From NCBI GenBank assembly GCA_964016885.1, contig OZ024744.1:93186001-93250000 (forward strand): a stretch of 64,000 nt of DNA, in the 5' to 3' direction. Position numbers and translations under genes: made by a program. Shown piece by piece: positions 22,658 through 35,735 of the stretch. The notes under the pieces were generated by a model. The model saw only the letters and a program-made list of their open reading frames with translations. It had not been told where the DNA came from and did no database searches. Each line of letters starts with the position of its first letter. Within the stretch, counting starts at the first letter, position 1. Source of the stretch: Eledone cirrhosa. Lineage: Eukaryota.

Positions 22658-23967
22658 CTTTGACAATATTTAACCTACGTCTCCTGGGCGATCATGAGTA
22701 ATTTCCAGTTGTGTAGTTAGATCAGTGCATTCAAACACTAAAGGTTTCCAATTTATATTAAAATCTTGCAATACAATTTTATATAGTAACCTTTCATTAA
22801 GTTACTATCTTAGTAATGAAATAATTCATAATTTTAGTAAATCCATCAAAATTCTTTAATTAATTAACCTTTTTTCATTTAAACTGGCCATATCTGGCCA
22901 GAATTCTCTCACCTCTTTCTGTTCAAACTAGCTGTAACTGGCCACTCATACTGTTGTTAAGGTATTGTTCTTAAAATAAATATCAAAATCTCATAGATTC
23001 AATATTATGTGAGGTAAAGCCTTTACCATGAAAATATAATAGAATATATAGTGTAATGTGTATTTCATTAGAAATGGAGTTGTGAAAGGGTTAATTTCTG
23101 TATCCTGGGAAATAGGTTTCTTATATATTTCTATATGTTGAATCCTGTGTTTTTTCTGGATTTCTCTGCCACTCGTGGTTTTCTTACTTTGAAATATTAA
23201 TCAATGATTATCAAAATTGATTAATCGACAGAATGGCTTCTAAGGCTGATACTAATTATCTGTGAAGAAAATGTTATATTACAAGCATTGTTATTCTCTC
23301 AGAATAGCTATATTACATGCTCAGTCTGCCTAGCTGATGAACAGATACCTCTACATTTCATAGTTGAGTAAATAGTCGTTTGATAAAAAAAAAAAACCTT
23401 CATTGGTGTTAAAGATGAATGTTCCCAGTTCTTTAGTCAATGGAACAGTCTGCTCATTTAGCCAACATGTAAGTGGTTGAATATACTATAGATGTGTATT
23501 TTTAACATAATTTTCAAGAAGATTCAGTGTGTGTGTGTCAAAGCTAACCCTTTGAATTACTGGTACAGTCCCTCCAATGGGATTCCAAACAGTTTTCACT
23601 GACCCAGTTTTGCTTATAAAGCTTGGATCAACTTGATCCAAGAGAGACTCTTGCTAAAGATGTCGGGCGCTCTTTAGAATAAGATCCTGAACCTTGTAAT
23701 TGTGACTCAAACTTCCCAAGTTATTCAGCTATGCTGCATCAAGTTTATACTGTTTGATGGAGAGGGGAAGGGGGGCTTTGATAAATTAATGCCTCTGGGG
23801 AGAGAGAATGGATGTATTGAGACACCAACACTAAAGATAATGTTTTACATGACTTCTCGTTCTTACATCAGTTTTATTTCACAACAGCTGAAAAATATAC
23901 TCACCACAGTGCAGATAACTAAAATAAGTAATAAAGCAGTAGTTTACATGAATGGAGCATTGTGAAA

Positions 23968-24168
23968 TATGAGAATCTGCTGAAAAGTTCAAAGGCTGGT
24001 CAAGATACTCTCGTAGAATGACCAAATGAGATTTATTTTTTCAACATAATCCCTAGAAAGAAACTATGCAGTTATTAATAAAGAGTTGAAATTAATGCAT
24101 GCAAGATTTCCCAGGTCTAGCATCAATCCTTCATAGTCAGCCTATGAACTTTTCAGCAGACCCTTGTA
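23968..24168. mobile_element. Mariner-type MITE
   Basis: TIRs TCTGCTGAAAAGTTCA ... TGAACTTTTCAGCAGA, with TA at both ends. Confidence 0.78.
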
Positions 24169-24772
24169 TGTAATAAGGTCACCATAAAGATGATGGGAGA
24201 GGAATGTAGGTAACTTACAAATTAAGGAAGCTACAATCATTAACATGCAGAAGCCCTAAATCAATAATAGATCATAACTACATGGAGCAGAGTGGCTATT
24301 GTGACTGCGCAAGACGTGCACTACTGTCAACCATGCATGCACAACACAGAAAAGGTTCATGAGAACAAAACACCTTTTTTTCTGCATTCTTTTAAAAGAA
24401 GGTATTTGCTTTGAAATATAAAAAAAAAAATATAAGTAAAAATATTTTTTGGGGTCATCTTTGTACCCCAATACCACCTTTGTTTCTGTCCACACTGTAA
24501 AGTGGTCATGTAGGCATCATGACAAAAAGCACCCAGTACACACTGAAATGTGGTTGGTGTTAGGAAGGGCATCTAGCTGTAGAAACCAAGCCAAAATCAG
24601 TCCAGTATGAGCAACTGACCTAACTTGTTTAACAATGGGACAACTCGTCTAACCCATGCTAGCATGGAAAATGTAAGTTAAATGGTGATGATGATGATTG
24701 TACCATCTTTCCCAAAACCTTATCATTTGAAATAAATAATATTTTTGCTTTTCCTATCATTTAATTTTTCAG

Positions 24773-24871
24773 GTAGAAGTTTTGCCTGATTCAACAATGT
24801 TGTCATTGGAAGAGGTTGCTCAAATCCAATTAGAAAAAGATATCCTGCAGATTGAAGTTGAAAAACTGCGT
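24773..24871 (+). CDS. STXBP4: STXBP4-like coiled-coil exon
   Basis: tttttcag| acceptor and CGT|gtaagt donor, phase 0-0. Encodes VEVLPDSTMLSLEEVAQIQLEKDILQIEVEKLR. Confidence 0.88.
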
Positions 24872-27129
24872 GTAAGTATTTAAAAAAATAAAATAAAAGC
24901 ACCCAGTTCACATTGTAAAGTGGTTGGTATTAGGAAGGGCATCCAACCGTAGAAAGCTTGCCAAACAACGGGGTTAGGAGAACCCTTCAGTTGTGTCAAA
25001 GACATAACCTCTTTAGTGCTGGCGGTCTACACATTAAAAGCACCCACAGATTTCATATTGTGAAGTTGTTGGTGTTAAGAAGGGCCAGCCTTAGGAAGCT
25101 TGCCAAACAGAGTTATGAGGATCCTTCAGTTTGTGTCAAAAGACACAACTTCTCTACACTCGATAATGGCCGGATGTAAGCAGAATACAGACCTCCTCAG
25201 CTTGTCTGGGACATCAATGACCCTGCTTCAGGATCTATGTAGACCCGTCCAAACCTTGTTAGCAAGGAAAGGGGACATTGAATAACGATGGTTTTTTTTT
25301 GGGGGGGGGGGGGGGGGGTTATACACATATTACATATAATCTGTTTTTTCTCGCACAAATACTGAGACCCTTTCATTTCTTCTTCCATTCCTTCTTTACT
25401 CCACTAACTTGCCTTTTTCATTCAACCATCTCCAATACTAACCTAAATAATAGAAATTATCCACTGGCTGTCTGACAAAGACAACTCAGGATTTCAAATG
25501 TGAAAAATGTTAGAGGAATGAGCAGTCATGACATGAAGTCTATGAACTGCTTTGACTGTCATCACTGCCACTTTTGTTACCGTCACCATTGCTACTGTCA
25601 TTATCAGTTCTAACACCACCACCACTGCCAACACTAACACCATCATCATCAGTAGCCCCACAACCACCACCATCAGTAACCCACCACTGCCAACTTCATC
25701 AAACAGATGTTAAATGATGATGATCCTGGCAGAGAAATAATATTTGAACCATTGCCCTTATTTTGTGTGTTTTCTATACACTGAGTATATCGTATTGGGT
25801 TCATGTGTGTGTGAACTCAAGGTGTTATACAAGGTGGCGAATTGGCAGTCATTAGAATATTGAATAGAATGCTTTGAGGTATTCGTTCCGGCTCTCTGCT
25901 CTCAAATCCAACCGAGATCAACTTTACCTTTTATTCTTTCGAGGTTGATAAAAAAGTACCCATCAAGTACTGGAGTCAGTTCTTCCTCAATCTCTTTCTC
26001 ATTTCCCCTCTCTCACTTTCTCTGTTTCTCTGGAAGAACTCTGCTGTACTCAGGCCTGGAGAGGGATGGGCTCTGCCAGGTTTTTAAAAAAAATGCCTAA
26101 AAAAATGCTGTATGTCAATATGGCACCACTATGACTATATCGGGAGTTACGGGACCATACATACATATATTCGTATATATGTATATATATCAAACAAGGC
26201 CATTTATGAATTGTGGGCCCTGGAAACTGATCACTGATCAAGCAAACGACAACTTGACCAATTTGTGAAATTTTCAGGCAGATTTCACTGTCTCTAAGAA
26301 CAATTGGCAGAAGTTTCTTGTTGTCCACTGTCTCCAACAGCAATTGTGGAAATTACTTTTCAAACACACTTCTCTCTGATAACAGCCTGATTCATACAAA
26401 TACTATGTCTAGCTTCTTGATATCACTGCTTGCTATATATACTTAATTTCTACCACTAATTTAACCCTTTAGCATTTACATTACTTCTATAGATATTATT
26501 GTATTCTCAAGGTAAAGACTTTATCTCACATAATATCAAATCTGACATTTTGATATTATTATGAGAACTTAACATTAGTATGAGTGGTCAGTTTAAACAG
26601 AAAGAGAGAATCCTGGCTGGATATAACCGGTTTAAATGCTGAAGGTTTAATGTGAACTGCACAGGATGAATTGGCATGAGAAGGAAAGGCATGAAGCCAT
26701 AAAAACCCCCACCTCAAAATGTCTTGTCTTAACCCCTACAAGCAGAGTAAAAGCAGACATATAACTGATGACAATGTGTAAAGCAGATGTTAAATATAGC
26801 ATACCTGGTCCCGTAACTCCTGAGAGAGTTGTAGGGGTGCTGTATTGACATAGTGTTTCTAGGGAGTTTTTCTTTTAAACTTGGCAGAGCCCATCTCCTC
26901 TCCAGGTCTGAACACAGCAGATTTCTTCCAGAGGGGGATAGAGAGTGAGATATAGAGGAAGAAGAATCGACTCCAGTACTAGACTGGTACTTTTTATCAA
27001 CCTCGATTAGACAAAAGGCAATGTTGAACTTGGAGTTCAAAGAGACAGAAAGAATACTGCAAAGCATTTTACCCAACTTTCTTAAGACTTTGCCAATATG
27101 CTGTCTTTATGCTAATTATACTAATACAT

Positions 27130-27300
27130 GGAGGCACATGGCTTAGTGGTTAGAGCATTGGCCTTGCAATCGAAAGGTTGCGAGTTCAATTCTCAGACCA
27201 GGTGATGTGTTGTTTCCTTGAGCCAGACACTTTATTTCACATTGCTCCAGTTTACTCATAGAAATGAGATGATAGGGACTGGGGTCCCTATCATTCCACT
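27130..27300 (+). mobile_element. tRNA-derived SINE family B (CORE-like body)
   Basis: A box TGGCTTAGTGG, B box GAGTTCAATTC, then TCCTTGAGCCAGACACTT. Relatives at 46725-47040 and 56246-56560. Confidence 0.8.
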
Positions 27301-27894
27301 GCAAAGTGGTCATGGAGGTGCCACGGCAAAAAGCACCCAGCCCACACTGTAAATGAGGTTGGTGTTAGGAAGGGCTTCCAGCTGTAGAAATCGAGCCAGA
27401 ATCAGTTCCCGTCCCACCCTTCCAAGCAGGGAAAAGCGGACGTAAAATGATGATGATATCTAAATCATTAGGCATCACATGATACAAAATCAAAACCTGT
27501 GTAGATGATGATGGGATGTCACATTTATTTACTCCTTCCCCAATAAAAGACCCTGGGTTTTATCTTTTAACCTGTAATGATTTTGTAGAAAATATCTGAA
27601 AACAGGTTTGTTAATTCAAATGTTTATAATATCTTTGTCCTGAAATGATTTAGAATATCTAAAAACAGGATTGTTAATTCAAATGTTCATTTTTAATTAT
27701 ACATAGTAGTGTTTATTATTTTTAAAGAATGTCTTGCTAATATGGTTTTGAGTGGTTCAGAACAATAAAAGTTAGTTACATCACCCTTATCTCTCTCTAT
27801 ATATATATAGAGAGAGGGGGGTGGGGGAATCGAAAGAGATATATATAGTGTGTATGTGTGTGAGACAGAGGGAGAAGACATCGCTCTCATCTAG

Positions 27895-28082
27895 TAATAA
27901 TTGTTTCTGCTTTTGGCACAAGGCCAGCAATTATCCCAGTACATTACTGTTACTTTATTTTATCAACCCCGTTAAGGATTAAAGGCAACGTTAACCTCAG
28001 CAGGATTTTAACTCAGACTGTAAAGGGTCGTAACTCTATGCTGCTAAGCATGGCGTCTGGCCCTCTACTGATACTGCCAATG
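27895..28082 (-). mobile_element. SINE family A copy
   Basis: Near full-length reverse complement of the family consensus. Confidence 0.88.
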
Positions 28083-28158
28083 TTGAGATAATGGTGTTTT
28101 TTTTTTTTTTTTGTATGATGAATTTTTTAAACATATTTTTTTCCCTGCTATTTTTCAG

Positions 28159-28224
28159 GCTAAAATCCGTGAAAAAGAAGACAGTTGCAATACAGCCGAA
28201 GAGGAATTACTTCGGATTAGAAGA
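28159..28224 (+). CDS. STXBP4: STXBP4-like coiled-coil exon
   Basis: tttttcag| acceptor and AGA|gtaaga donor, phase 0-0. Encodes AKIREKEDSCNTAEEELLRIRR. Confidence 0.88.
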
Positions 28225-28484
28225 GTAAGAATTAAACTTTTCATATAGGCTCATTTTCATCCATTTTCTATACTGTTAGACTTGAACTGAAAGATGCTCC
28301 AACTATGACCATCACATCTTTATTATACATTGTGTATCAATGACTTTATTATCCCCGTTTTCAAACGTTTTTAATTAATTGATCCAAATCGACAAGATCC
28401 CAGACTTCATCCGTTACCAAGTGTTGTGGAACTTGTCAGATCGGACCAAGGAAACAATGTTTCCATTAGTCTTTCCAATTGCTA

Positions 28485-28910
28485 ATATTGGTTTCTGATT
28501 TAGGCACAAGGCCTACAATTTTGGGGGAGGAGAAAGTCGATTAAATCGACCCCAGTGCATTACTGGTAATTTATTTTATCAACTCCTTAAGGATGAAAGG
28601 CAAAGCTAACCTCGACAGGATTTGAACTCGCATTGTAAAGGGCCAAAACTATATGCCATAAAGCATGTTGTCCGACACTTCACATTATTTACCAGTCAGG
28701 GTAGTATCGGTAGAGCGTCGGATAAAATGCTTTATAGCATAGGGTTACGCCCCTTTACAATCTGAGTCCAAATCCTGCTGAAGTTAGCTTTGCCTTTCAT
28801 CCTGACAGGGTTAATAAATTAAAGTACCAGTAATGCACTGAGGTCGATTTAATCAACTTTCCCCCCTTCCCCAAAATTGTTGGCCTTGTGCCTAATTCAA
28901 AAAACTATTA
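28485..28910. mobile_element. Head-to-head pair of SINE family A copies
   Basis: A - strand copy (~28485-28695) immediately followed by a + strand copy (~28700-28910). Confidence 0.88.
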
Positions 28911-30231
28911 ATATCGGTCACAACTCCTGGAACTGCCCAGGTTTTGACACAAAACTGCTTATTTTAGAATATTCACACTTAAAATTATGGAAGGTTTTAA
29001 ATTAAGAATTTTTTGTAATGTAACACTCCAGACATCAGCTTACAAATTAAGATTAGTTCTCATTAAATTCTTCAAATTTTCGAAATGTATTGATAGATGT
29101 TAAAATGTATCGATAACTTTAAAAACCTGTAATGATAAATTTCAAAATTAATCGAATCCTTGAGCAAGACAGTTTATTCCATATTGCTTCAGTTAACTAA
29201 GCTATCAAAAATAAGTTTGTATCAGTTATTCAAAAGAGTCAGTTTTGTCTCACTCACATACTCAATGTCGTACTGAATCTTCCTGAGAACCACGTTAAAG
29301 ATACACGTGCATGTGGAATGCTCAGCCACTTGCACATGAATTTCATGAGCAGGCTGTTTTGTTGGTCAAACAACTGGACCATTTGTCGTCAGAACTGACA
29401 GAGATCCAACATTAAAGAAATATGCCTAGGAGTATTAATTCCATCAAATTATGTCCCTTTACACCAAAAGTTAACTCTGTCCATTTAATAAATAGTTCAA
29501 TAAGTTTAAGTACTAGGACCAATTTATTGATTAAGACCCTTAAAACCAGTGCCCCAGCATGGCCATAATCCAAAAAAGGAAACTAGTAAAAGTGAAAATA
29601 AATATATACACATTAAACATATACAATCATTGTTGATATGGACATGTCTGTATCATCATCATCGCCGTTTAATGTCTATTTTCCACGCTAGCATGGGTCA
29701 GATGGGTTGTCCCGTTTGAGGCAAGTCGGATAAGGTGACAGAACTGCTTCTGGCTTGGTTTCTACGACTGGATGCCCTTCGTAATGCCAACCATAGTTAT
29801 AGTGTGTGCTGGATGCTTTTTGTCATGACCTATATACATATACGTCATTTTTGCACGTTTTCTATGCTTGCATGGACCAGAGGTGTTCTTATTACGAACC
29901 ACTTCACGGCATGTACTGTGTGCTTTTGTTGTGTAGGTCACCAGCACTAGGGTGGCTGCCATGTTCTTGACATCTGAAGGGTCCTCGCAATATAAATAAA
30001 TGTATATACAACACTAGGCATAAAGTAAAACCAATTACACCCTTCAGGTCTATACCTCAAAGCACTCTCAGTATTCAACAACCAAAAGCCTTCACCAATT
30101 ACTGGTATGGGGCTGATGAACTTCATCAGGCTGCAGCCATTGTATTATGTGGTCTTTCTTTCTCTCTATCTCTCTCTCAAATCTATAAATCTACAAACAA
30201 TGTTTAATGAAGTATATTTGTTGTAATTCAG

Positions 30232-30396
30232 GAGGCACAAGGTGCTATTCACGAAACTCGGTCTCTGCGGAGTAAGGTTCATCTTGCTGAAGAAGCTCAA
30301 AAAGCAGCCAGGAGTCTGGAACAGGGCTATGAAGAAGCCATTCAAGTTTTGGAGAAAGAAATTGTGCAGTTAAGGACACAAGTGCAAAAACAATCT
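30232..30396 (+). CDS. STXBP4: STXBP4-like conserved coiled-coil exon
   Basis: ttcag| acceptor and TCT|gtaagt donor, phase 0-0. EAQGAIHETRSLRSKVHLAEEAQKAARSLEQGYEEAIQVLEKEI matches the recalled vertebrate motif ETRALRSRIHLAEAAQRQA..ME.DYEEVI. Confidence 0.95.
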
Positions 30397-30462
30397 GTAA
30401 GTCTTCAGTGTTAAAAACACTGTTACATCATAACATCATAAGTTATTTATGCTTGAAGTGTG

Positions 30463-30652
30463 GGGGATTGGCAGTATCGGTAAAGGGTTGGACGGCATGC
30501 TTTGCAGTATAGAGTTATGGCCCTTTATGTTCTGAGTTCAAATCCTGCTGAAGTTAACTTTGCCTTTTATCCTTACGGGGGTTGCTAGAATAAAGTACCA
30601 GTAATGCACTGGGATAATTGCTGGCCTTGTGCCAAAAGTAGAAACAATTATT
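30463..30652 (+). mobile_element. SINE family A copy
   Basis: GGATTGGCAGTATCGGTA...GAGTTCAAATCC...AGAAACAATTATT. Confidence 0.9.
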
Positions 30653-31006
30653 TATGAATAAATGTTTTGTTGTTTTTTTATATTGAATATCAAATTTAAA
30701 CTAAATCAAGTTCAGTATTTATTTCATTGAATTCTTTTTTACCGAACTGTTTATAGGAAATAAATGCATGCACAGACACTTGTACATAGATGCGCATACA
30801 TAAAAACACTCACGTATACACACTCATACAGACTCACGCATACACACTCGGGCGTGCACACTTGCATACAGATGCACATATACATAGAGGTGCACGCATG
30901 ACAGGCTTTTGCAATTTCCATCTTTCAAATTCTATACACAAGGCAGTATGTATGTGTGTATGTCTTTGTATATATATATATATGTATATTGACTTATTTA
31001 TTGCAG

Positions 31007-31120
31007 AAGAACTCACCAATACACCGACAGCTTGCAGTTGCTGCATGTCAACTTAGAAAGATGGAATCGTGTAAGAAAACATATGAAGTAGCTATTGAAA
31101 AATTACTCAAGTTTACTGAG
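31007..31120 (+). CDS. STXBP4: STXBP4-like coiled-coil exon
   Basis: ttgcag| acceptor and GAG|gtaacc donor, phase 0-0. QLAVAACQLRKMESCKKTYEVAIEKLLKFTE resembles recalled vertebrate CQLRKSE..RKTFE.STEKLL.FVE. Confidence 0.93.
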
Positions 31121-31148
31121 GTAACCATATTTCTTCTTCTTTGGTGAT

Positions 31149-32216
31149 TTAACCTTTTAGCATTTACATTACTCTATATTTACTATTGTATTTTCACGGT
31201 AAAGGCTTTGTCTTACATAATATTAAATCTATGAGATTTTGATGTTATTTATTTTGAGAACAATACCTTAATGTAGGTATGAGTGGCTGGTTATGACTGG
31301 TTTTAACAGAAAGAGGTGATAGAATTCTGGCTGGATACAACTGGTTTAAATGCTAAAGGGTTAAAAGACATATGCTAATTATTTTTTTTTTGAAATCCTA
31401 ACAATTTCGAAAACTAATTCGAAAGCTAAATATCATCTTCACCGTTTAACATCCATTTTCCACACAAGCATCGATTAAATCCCTTTAACCCTTTAGCATT
31501 TACATTATCTATATACTGTTGTATTTTCATAGTAAAGGCTTTACCTTACATAATATCGAATTTATGAGATTTTGGTATTATTTTTGAGAATTTGCCGCCT
31601 TTTATCTTTATCCTATTATTTTGAGAACAATACCTTAATATCTGTAGGAGGGGTCGAGAGAATTCTGGTTAGATACAAATGCTAAAGGTTTAAAAGACGC
31701 ATGCAAATCATTTTTTCAAAAATCCTAACAATTTCAAAAACTGAATATCATCTTCACCATTTAACATCCATTTTCTACACTAGTATGGATTAGACGAGTC
31801 GTCCCATTGTGAACAAGTTAGATCAGATGACGATATCAGACCACACTGAGTGGAACTCTGGGCAAGTGTTTTCTACTGTAGCCCGATGTGACTGGATTTT
31901 GTTCAACAGAGACTAAAGAAGTGTGTGACTATGTGTGTGTTTATGTCCCATAAAAGATCAATAATAAAAGTTACTAGACTCTAAGAGCTACAGTTGATAT
32001 GATTGACTACATCCCTTTACATTAACTCTATATTTACTATTGTATTTTCACAGTAAAGGCTTTATCTCACATAATATCGAATCTATGATATTTTGATATT
32101 TATTTATGTTGAGAACAATACCTTAACATCAGTATGAGCAGCCAGTTACAGCTGGTTTGAACAGAAAGAGGTGAGAGAATTCTGGCCGCATATGGTTGGT
32201 TTAAATGTTAGAGTTA
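31149..32216. mobile_element. Three copies of the TTAA piggyBac-type MITE (~31149-31364, 31486-31693, 32010-32216)
   Basis: CCTTTAGCATTTACATTACTCTAT ... GGTTTAAATGCTAAAGGG-TTAA. The first two copies also share their 3' flank. Confidence 0.8.
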
Positions 32217-32771
32217 AGATGATATCCCAATATGTCCACAGTATAGTAACTGCAATCAGCAGTCTGAAGAAGGAGCACTGCGAGGTGGGGGTGGCTGCTG
32301 CAGCGGGTGTTGCTGGCCATTGTCTGCGGAAATACCTTTGCATTTTTGTCTGTAGGGCACAGCCGAAACACCACTCTGACTTAGACATGGCGCCTGTCAT
32401 CCTCCCCTCCCCCCTTTTTTTTGCTTAATAATCTTTGCCCTTTCCCTCTTTTTCCTCTTTTGTTTGTTCTTTGTTGTTTTTGTTTTTTGTTTTGTTGGTG
32501 GGGTAATTATTCCTATTAATATTGGACTATTTTCTTGTTCATGAAAGCAAACAAACAATCCACCAAGTGTATGACAATTCACCTTGACCAGTATTTAGCT
32601 AAACAGGTTTATAATGTAGATAGACATAGATATACAAGTTTTATTGTGTGTGTGTGTGTGTGTATAACGGATAAGAAACTTCTTATTCTTTATATTTCAG
32701 CTCTGTAATGAACCCCACTGCATCGAGCTTTAAACCTCTGATAAAGTCTATATTCAATAATAACAACACTG

Positions 32772-32952
32772 CTGGCAGTATCGGTAGAGGGTCGGACGCC
32801 ATGCTTTCCAGCATAGTTACGTCCCTTTACGATCTGAGTTCAAATCCCGCCGAGGTTGACTTTGCCTTTCATCCTTACGGGGTCGGTAAAATAAAGTACC
32901 AGTAATGCACTGGGTAATTGCTGGCCTTGTGCCTAAAGTAGAAACAATTATT
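32772..32952 (+). mobile_element. SINE family A copy (young)
   Basis: Nearly identical by eye to 34850-35030 and to the reverse complement of 34095-34285. Confidence 0.9.
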
Positions 32953-33689
32953 AAAGTTATATATATAATGTGTGTGTTTGTGTATAAGTTTGGGAAAATT
33001 TACACTATCGATTTATGAGTATTTCTTTAACAAAGAAAAAATCTCCTAGTCGTGCAGCTCTAAAAAGGTAGCACAATCTGTTACTTGTAGCTAAATCTGA
33101 CGACCCTGTGGCTCTGGTTTGCAATGTTTTTGGTTACCTACACCGTTGGCTTAGTAAATTGTAAACAAAAATATTGGCAACCTATTCCGTCGCTATTTCA
33201 ATGTAAAATGTCTGGAAAATGTGGGAGAACCATCTCTGGCATGCAGAACCCCGAGTAAACGTTGCCTCATCGTCCCAGCCCATAGAATGTCATGTTTTGT
33301 TTGTTTTTTCCTTGAAGACTTTCCTTAAATTTGCTTTCAAAATATTCCCATTTTAAACTAGAAGTTGTTTTCGTAAATAATTCTATTCAACTGCCAGGGT
33401 TATGTCCCTTGTATTAATCAGTTAACTACAGCTTGCCATTCTTCTGCTGTTAATGTATTTGAAATACGTTTATAATAATAATGAAATTATTGTGTACAGT
33501 GCTCAGGTGCACTACTAGTTTAGCGACTAGTAATTTGTCTTTATCGTCTGATTTATTATTTTACATACGTTAAAGCTTTCATACTTGCTACATGGTAATA
33601 CCATTTGTCTTGTACTTTTCTGAAATCTACATTTCACGTTAAATAGTTTAACTGTTACAAGTTCTATTACTACCACTACTATTACTACT

Positions 33690-34815
33690 GATAATAGTTT
33701 CGACTTTGGTCACAAGGCCAGCAATTACCAAGTATATTACTGGTACTTTGTCTTTCATCCTTACGGGGTTGATAAAATAAAGTTAACCTCGGCAGGATTT
33801 TGAACTCGGACCGTAAAGGGGCGTAACTATATGCTGCAAAGCATGTTGTCTGATACTCTACTGATACTGCTAATCCAAATGGTTTCTGGTTTAGACACAA
33901 AACCAACGCTATTGGGAGACGGGAAATTCGATTAAATCTACCCCAGTGTATTGCAGATACTTTATTTTATCGACCCCCGTAAGGATGAAAGCAAAGCTAA
34001 CCTCAACGGGAGTTAAACTCAGAAATTAAGGGGTTGTAACTCTGTCCCAAACATGGTGTCTGACGCTCTAGTAATACTGCCAAATACACCGCTCTAATAA
34101 TTGTTTCTACTTTAGGCACAAGGCCAGCAATTATTCCAGGGCATTACTGGTACTTTATTTTATCGACCCCCGTAAGGATGAAAGGCAAAGTCAACCTCGG
34201 CGGGATTTGAACTCAGATCGTAAAGGGACGTAACTATGCTGGAAAGCATGGCGTCCGACCCTCTACCGATACTGCCAATCCACCCCAATAATAATGGTTT
34301 CTGATTTAGGCACAAGGCCAGTAATTTGATTAAATCAATGGGATTTGAACTCAGAATACAAAGGGCTGTAACTATATGCAGCAAAGTATGTTGTCTGATG
34401 CTCTACCGATACTGTCAATCCACTGCTCTAATAACAATAATAATTGTTTCTGCTTTTGGCACAAGGCCAGCAATTACCCCAGTGCATTACTGGTACTTTA
34501 TTTTATCGACTTCGTAAAGATGAAAGGCAAAATTAACCTCGGTGGGATTTGAACTCAGACCATTAAAGGGCCATAACTCTATGCTGCAAAGCATGGAGTT
34601 TGACGCTCTACCGATACTGCCAATCCAAATGATTTGGGGAGATGGGAAATTCGATTAAATCTACCCCAGTGCATTACTGGTACTTTATTTTATCAACCTC
34701 GTAAGGATGAAAGGCAACGTTAACCTTGGCAGGATTTGCACTCAGACGATAAAGGGGGCGTAACTCTATGCTGCAAAGCATAGTGTCTGATGCTCTACCG
34801 ATACTGCCAATCCAA
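33690..34815 (-). mobile_element. Tandem array of ~6 SINE family A copies
   Basis: Successive head-to-tail copies, several separated only by (AAT)n. Confidence 0.9.
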
Positions 34816-34849
34816 TAACAATAATTATTATTATTATTATTTCTTTAAG

Positions 34850-35030
34850 CGGTGGATTGGCAGTATCAGTAGAGGGTCGGACGCCATGCTTTCCAGCATA
34901 GTTACGTCCCTTTACGGTCTGAGTTCAAATCCCGCCGAGGTTGACTTTGCCTTTCATCCTTACGGGGGTCGATAAAATAAAGTACCAGTAATTGCTGGCC
35001 TTGTGCCTAAAGTAGAAACAATTATTATTT
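34850..35030 (+). mobile_element. SINE family A copy (young)
   Basis: GGTGGATTGGCAGTATCAGTAGAG...GAGTTCAAATCCCGCC...AGAAACAATTATTATT. Confidence 0.9.
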
Positions 35031-35133
35031 CTTTATTGACCCCTAGGACCAAGATATTAAAGACAATACACAACAGGAGCAGTGGGGATTTACATAAAAC
35101 ATGTAAAAAAAAAAGATAATGGAAAACAATTAA

Positions 35134-35349
35134 TTAACCCTTTAGCATTTAAACCTGCTTTATCTGGCCAGAATTATCTCACCTCTTTCAGTTCAAACCG
35201 ACTGTAATTGGCTGCTCATACTGATGTTAAGGTATTGTTCTCAACATAAATAATATCAAAATATAATAGATTCGATATTATGTGAGATAAAGCCTTTACT
35301 GTGAAAATACAATAGTAAATATAGAGTAATGTAAATGTTAAAGGGTTAA
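35134..35349. mobile_element. piggyBac-type MITE
   Basis: TTAA-CCCTTTAGCATTTA ... TAAATGTTAAAGGG-TTAA. Confidence 0.85.
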
Positions 35350-35735
35350 TAACAACAAAATTACCCAATAGGGGGAATACAAGCCAGGGGTAACTTAGGA
35401 GCCCCACAGATCATAAACCACCTTAATCTCCAAAAGCACCGTAGGTAGGTGCTCCTCTTTTCTCTCAACTCTCCAGTCAAAAGGCATATGGTCAAGGTAG
35501 GTCCATTTACTTAGGCCATTCTTGCTACATTCACCCACCTGTTAACAAATATACTAGAGGGAGTGGGGTGAGCACTTCCTTCTCCACCCTTACCTTCTTT
35601 TCCACCAAAGAAGAAAGGGTCTGTCTTCAGGGGAAGAAATTCTTTGGAACTATAGTAAATATTGAATAGATGGTATATATTTATATCCATCTTAGTTCTT
35701 TTTTTTTCTCTACTAATTTCTTTTTGTATTTACAG

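Noticed and set aside
32701-32905. Acceptor-like tttcag followed by a short ORF as an extra STXBP4 exon
   Set aside because: The required phase-0 frame stops after 10 codons, the listed ORF runs through a SINE, and the gene model is complete without it.
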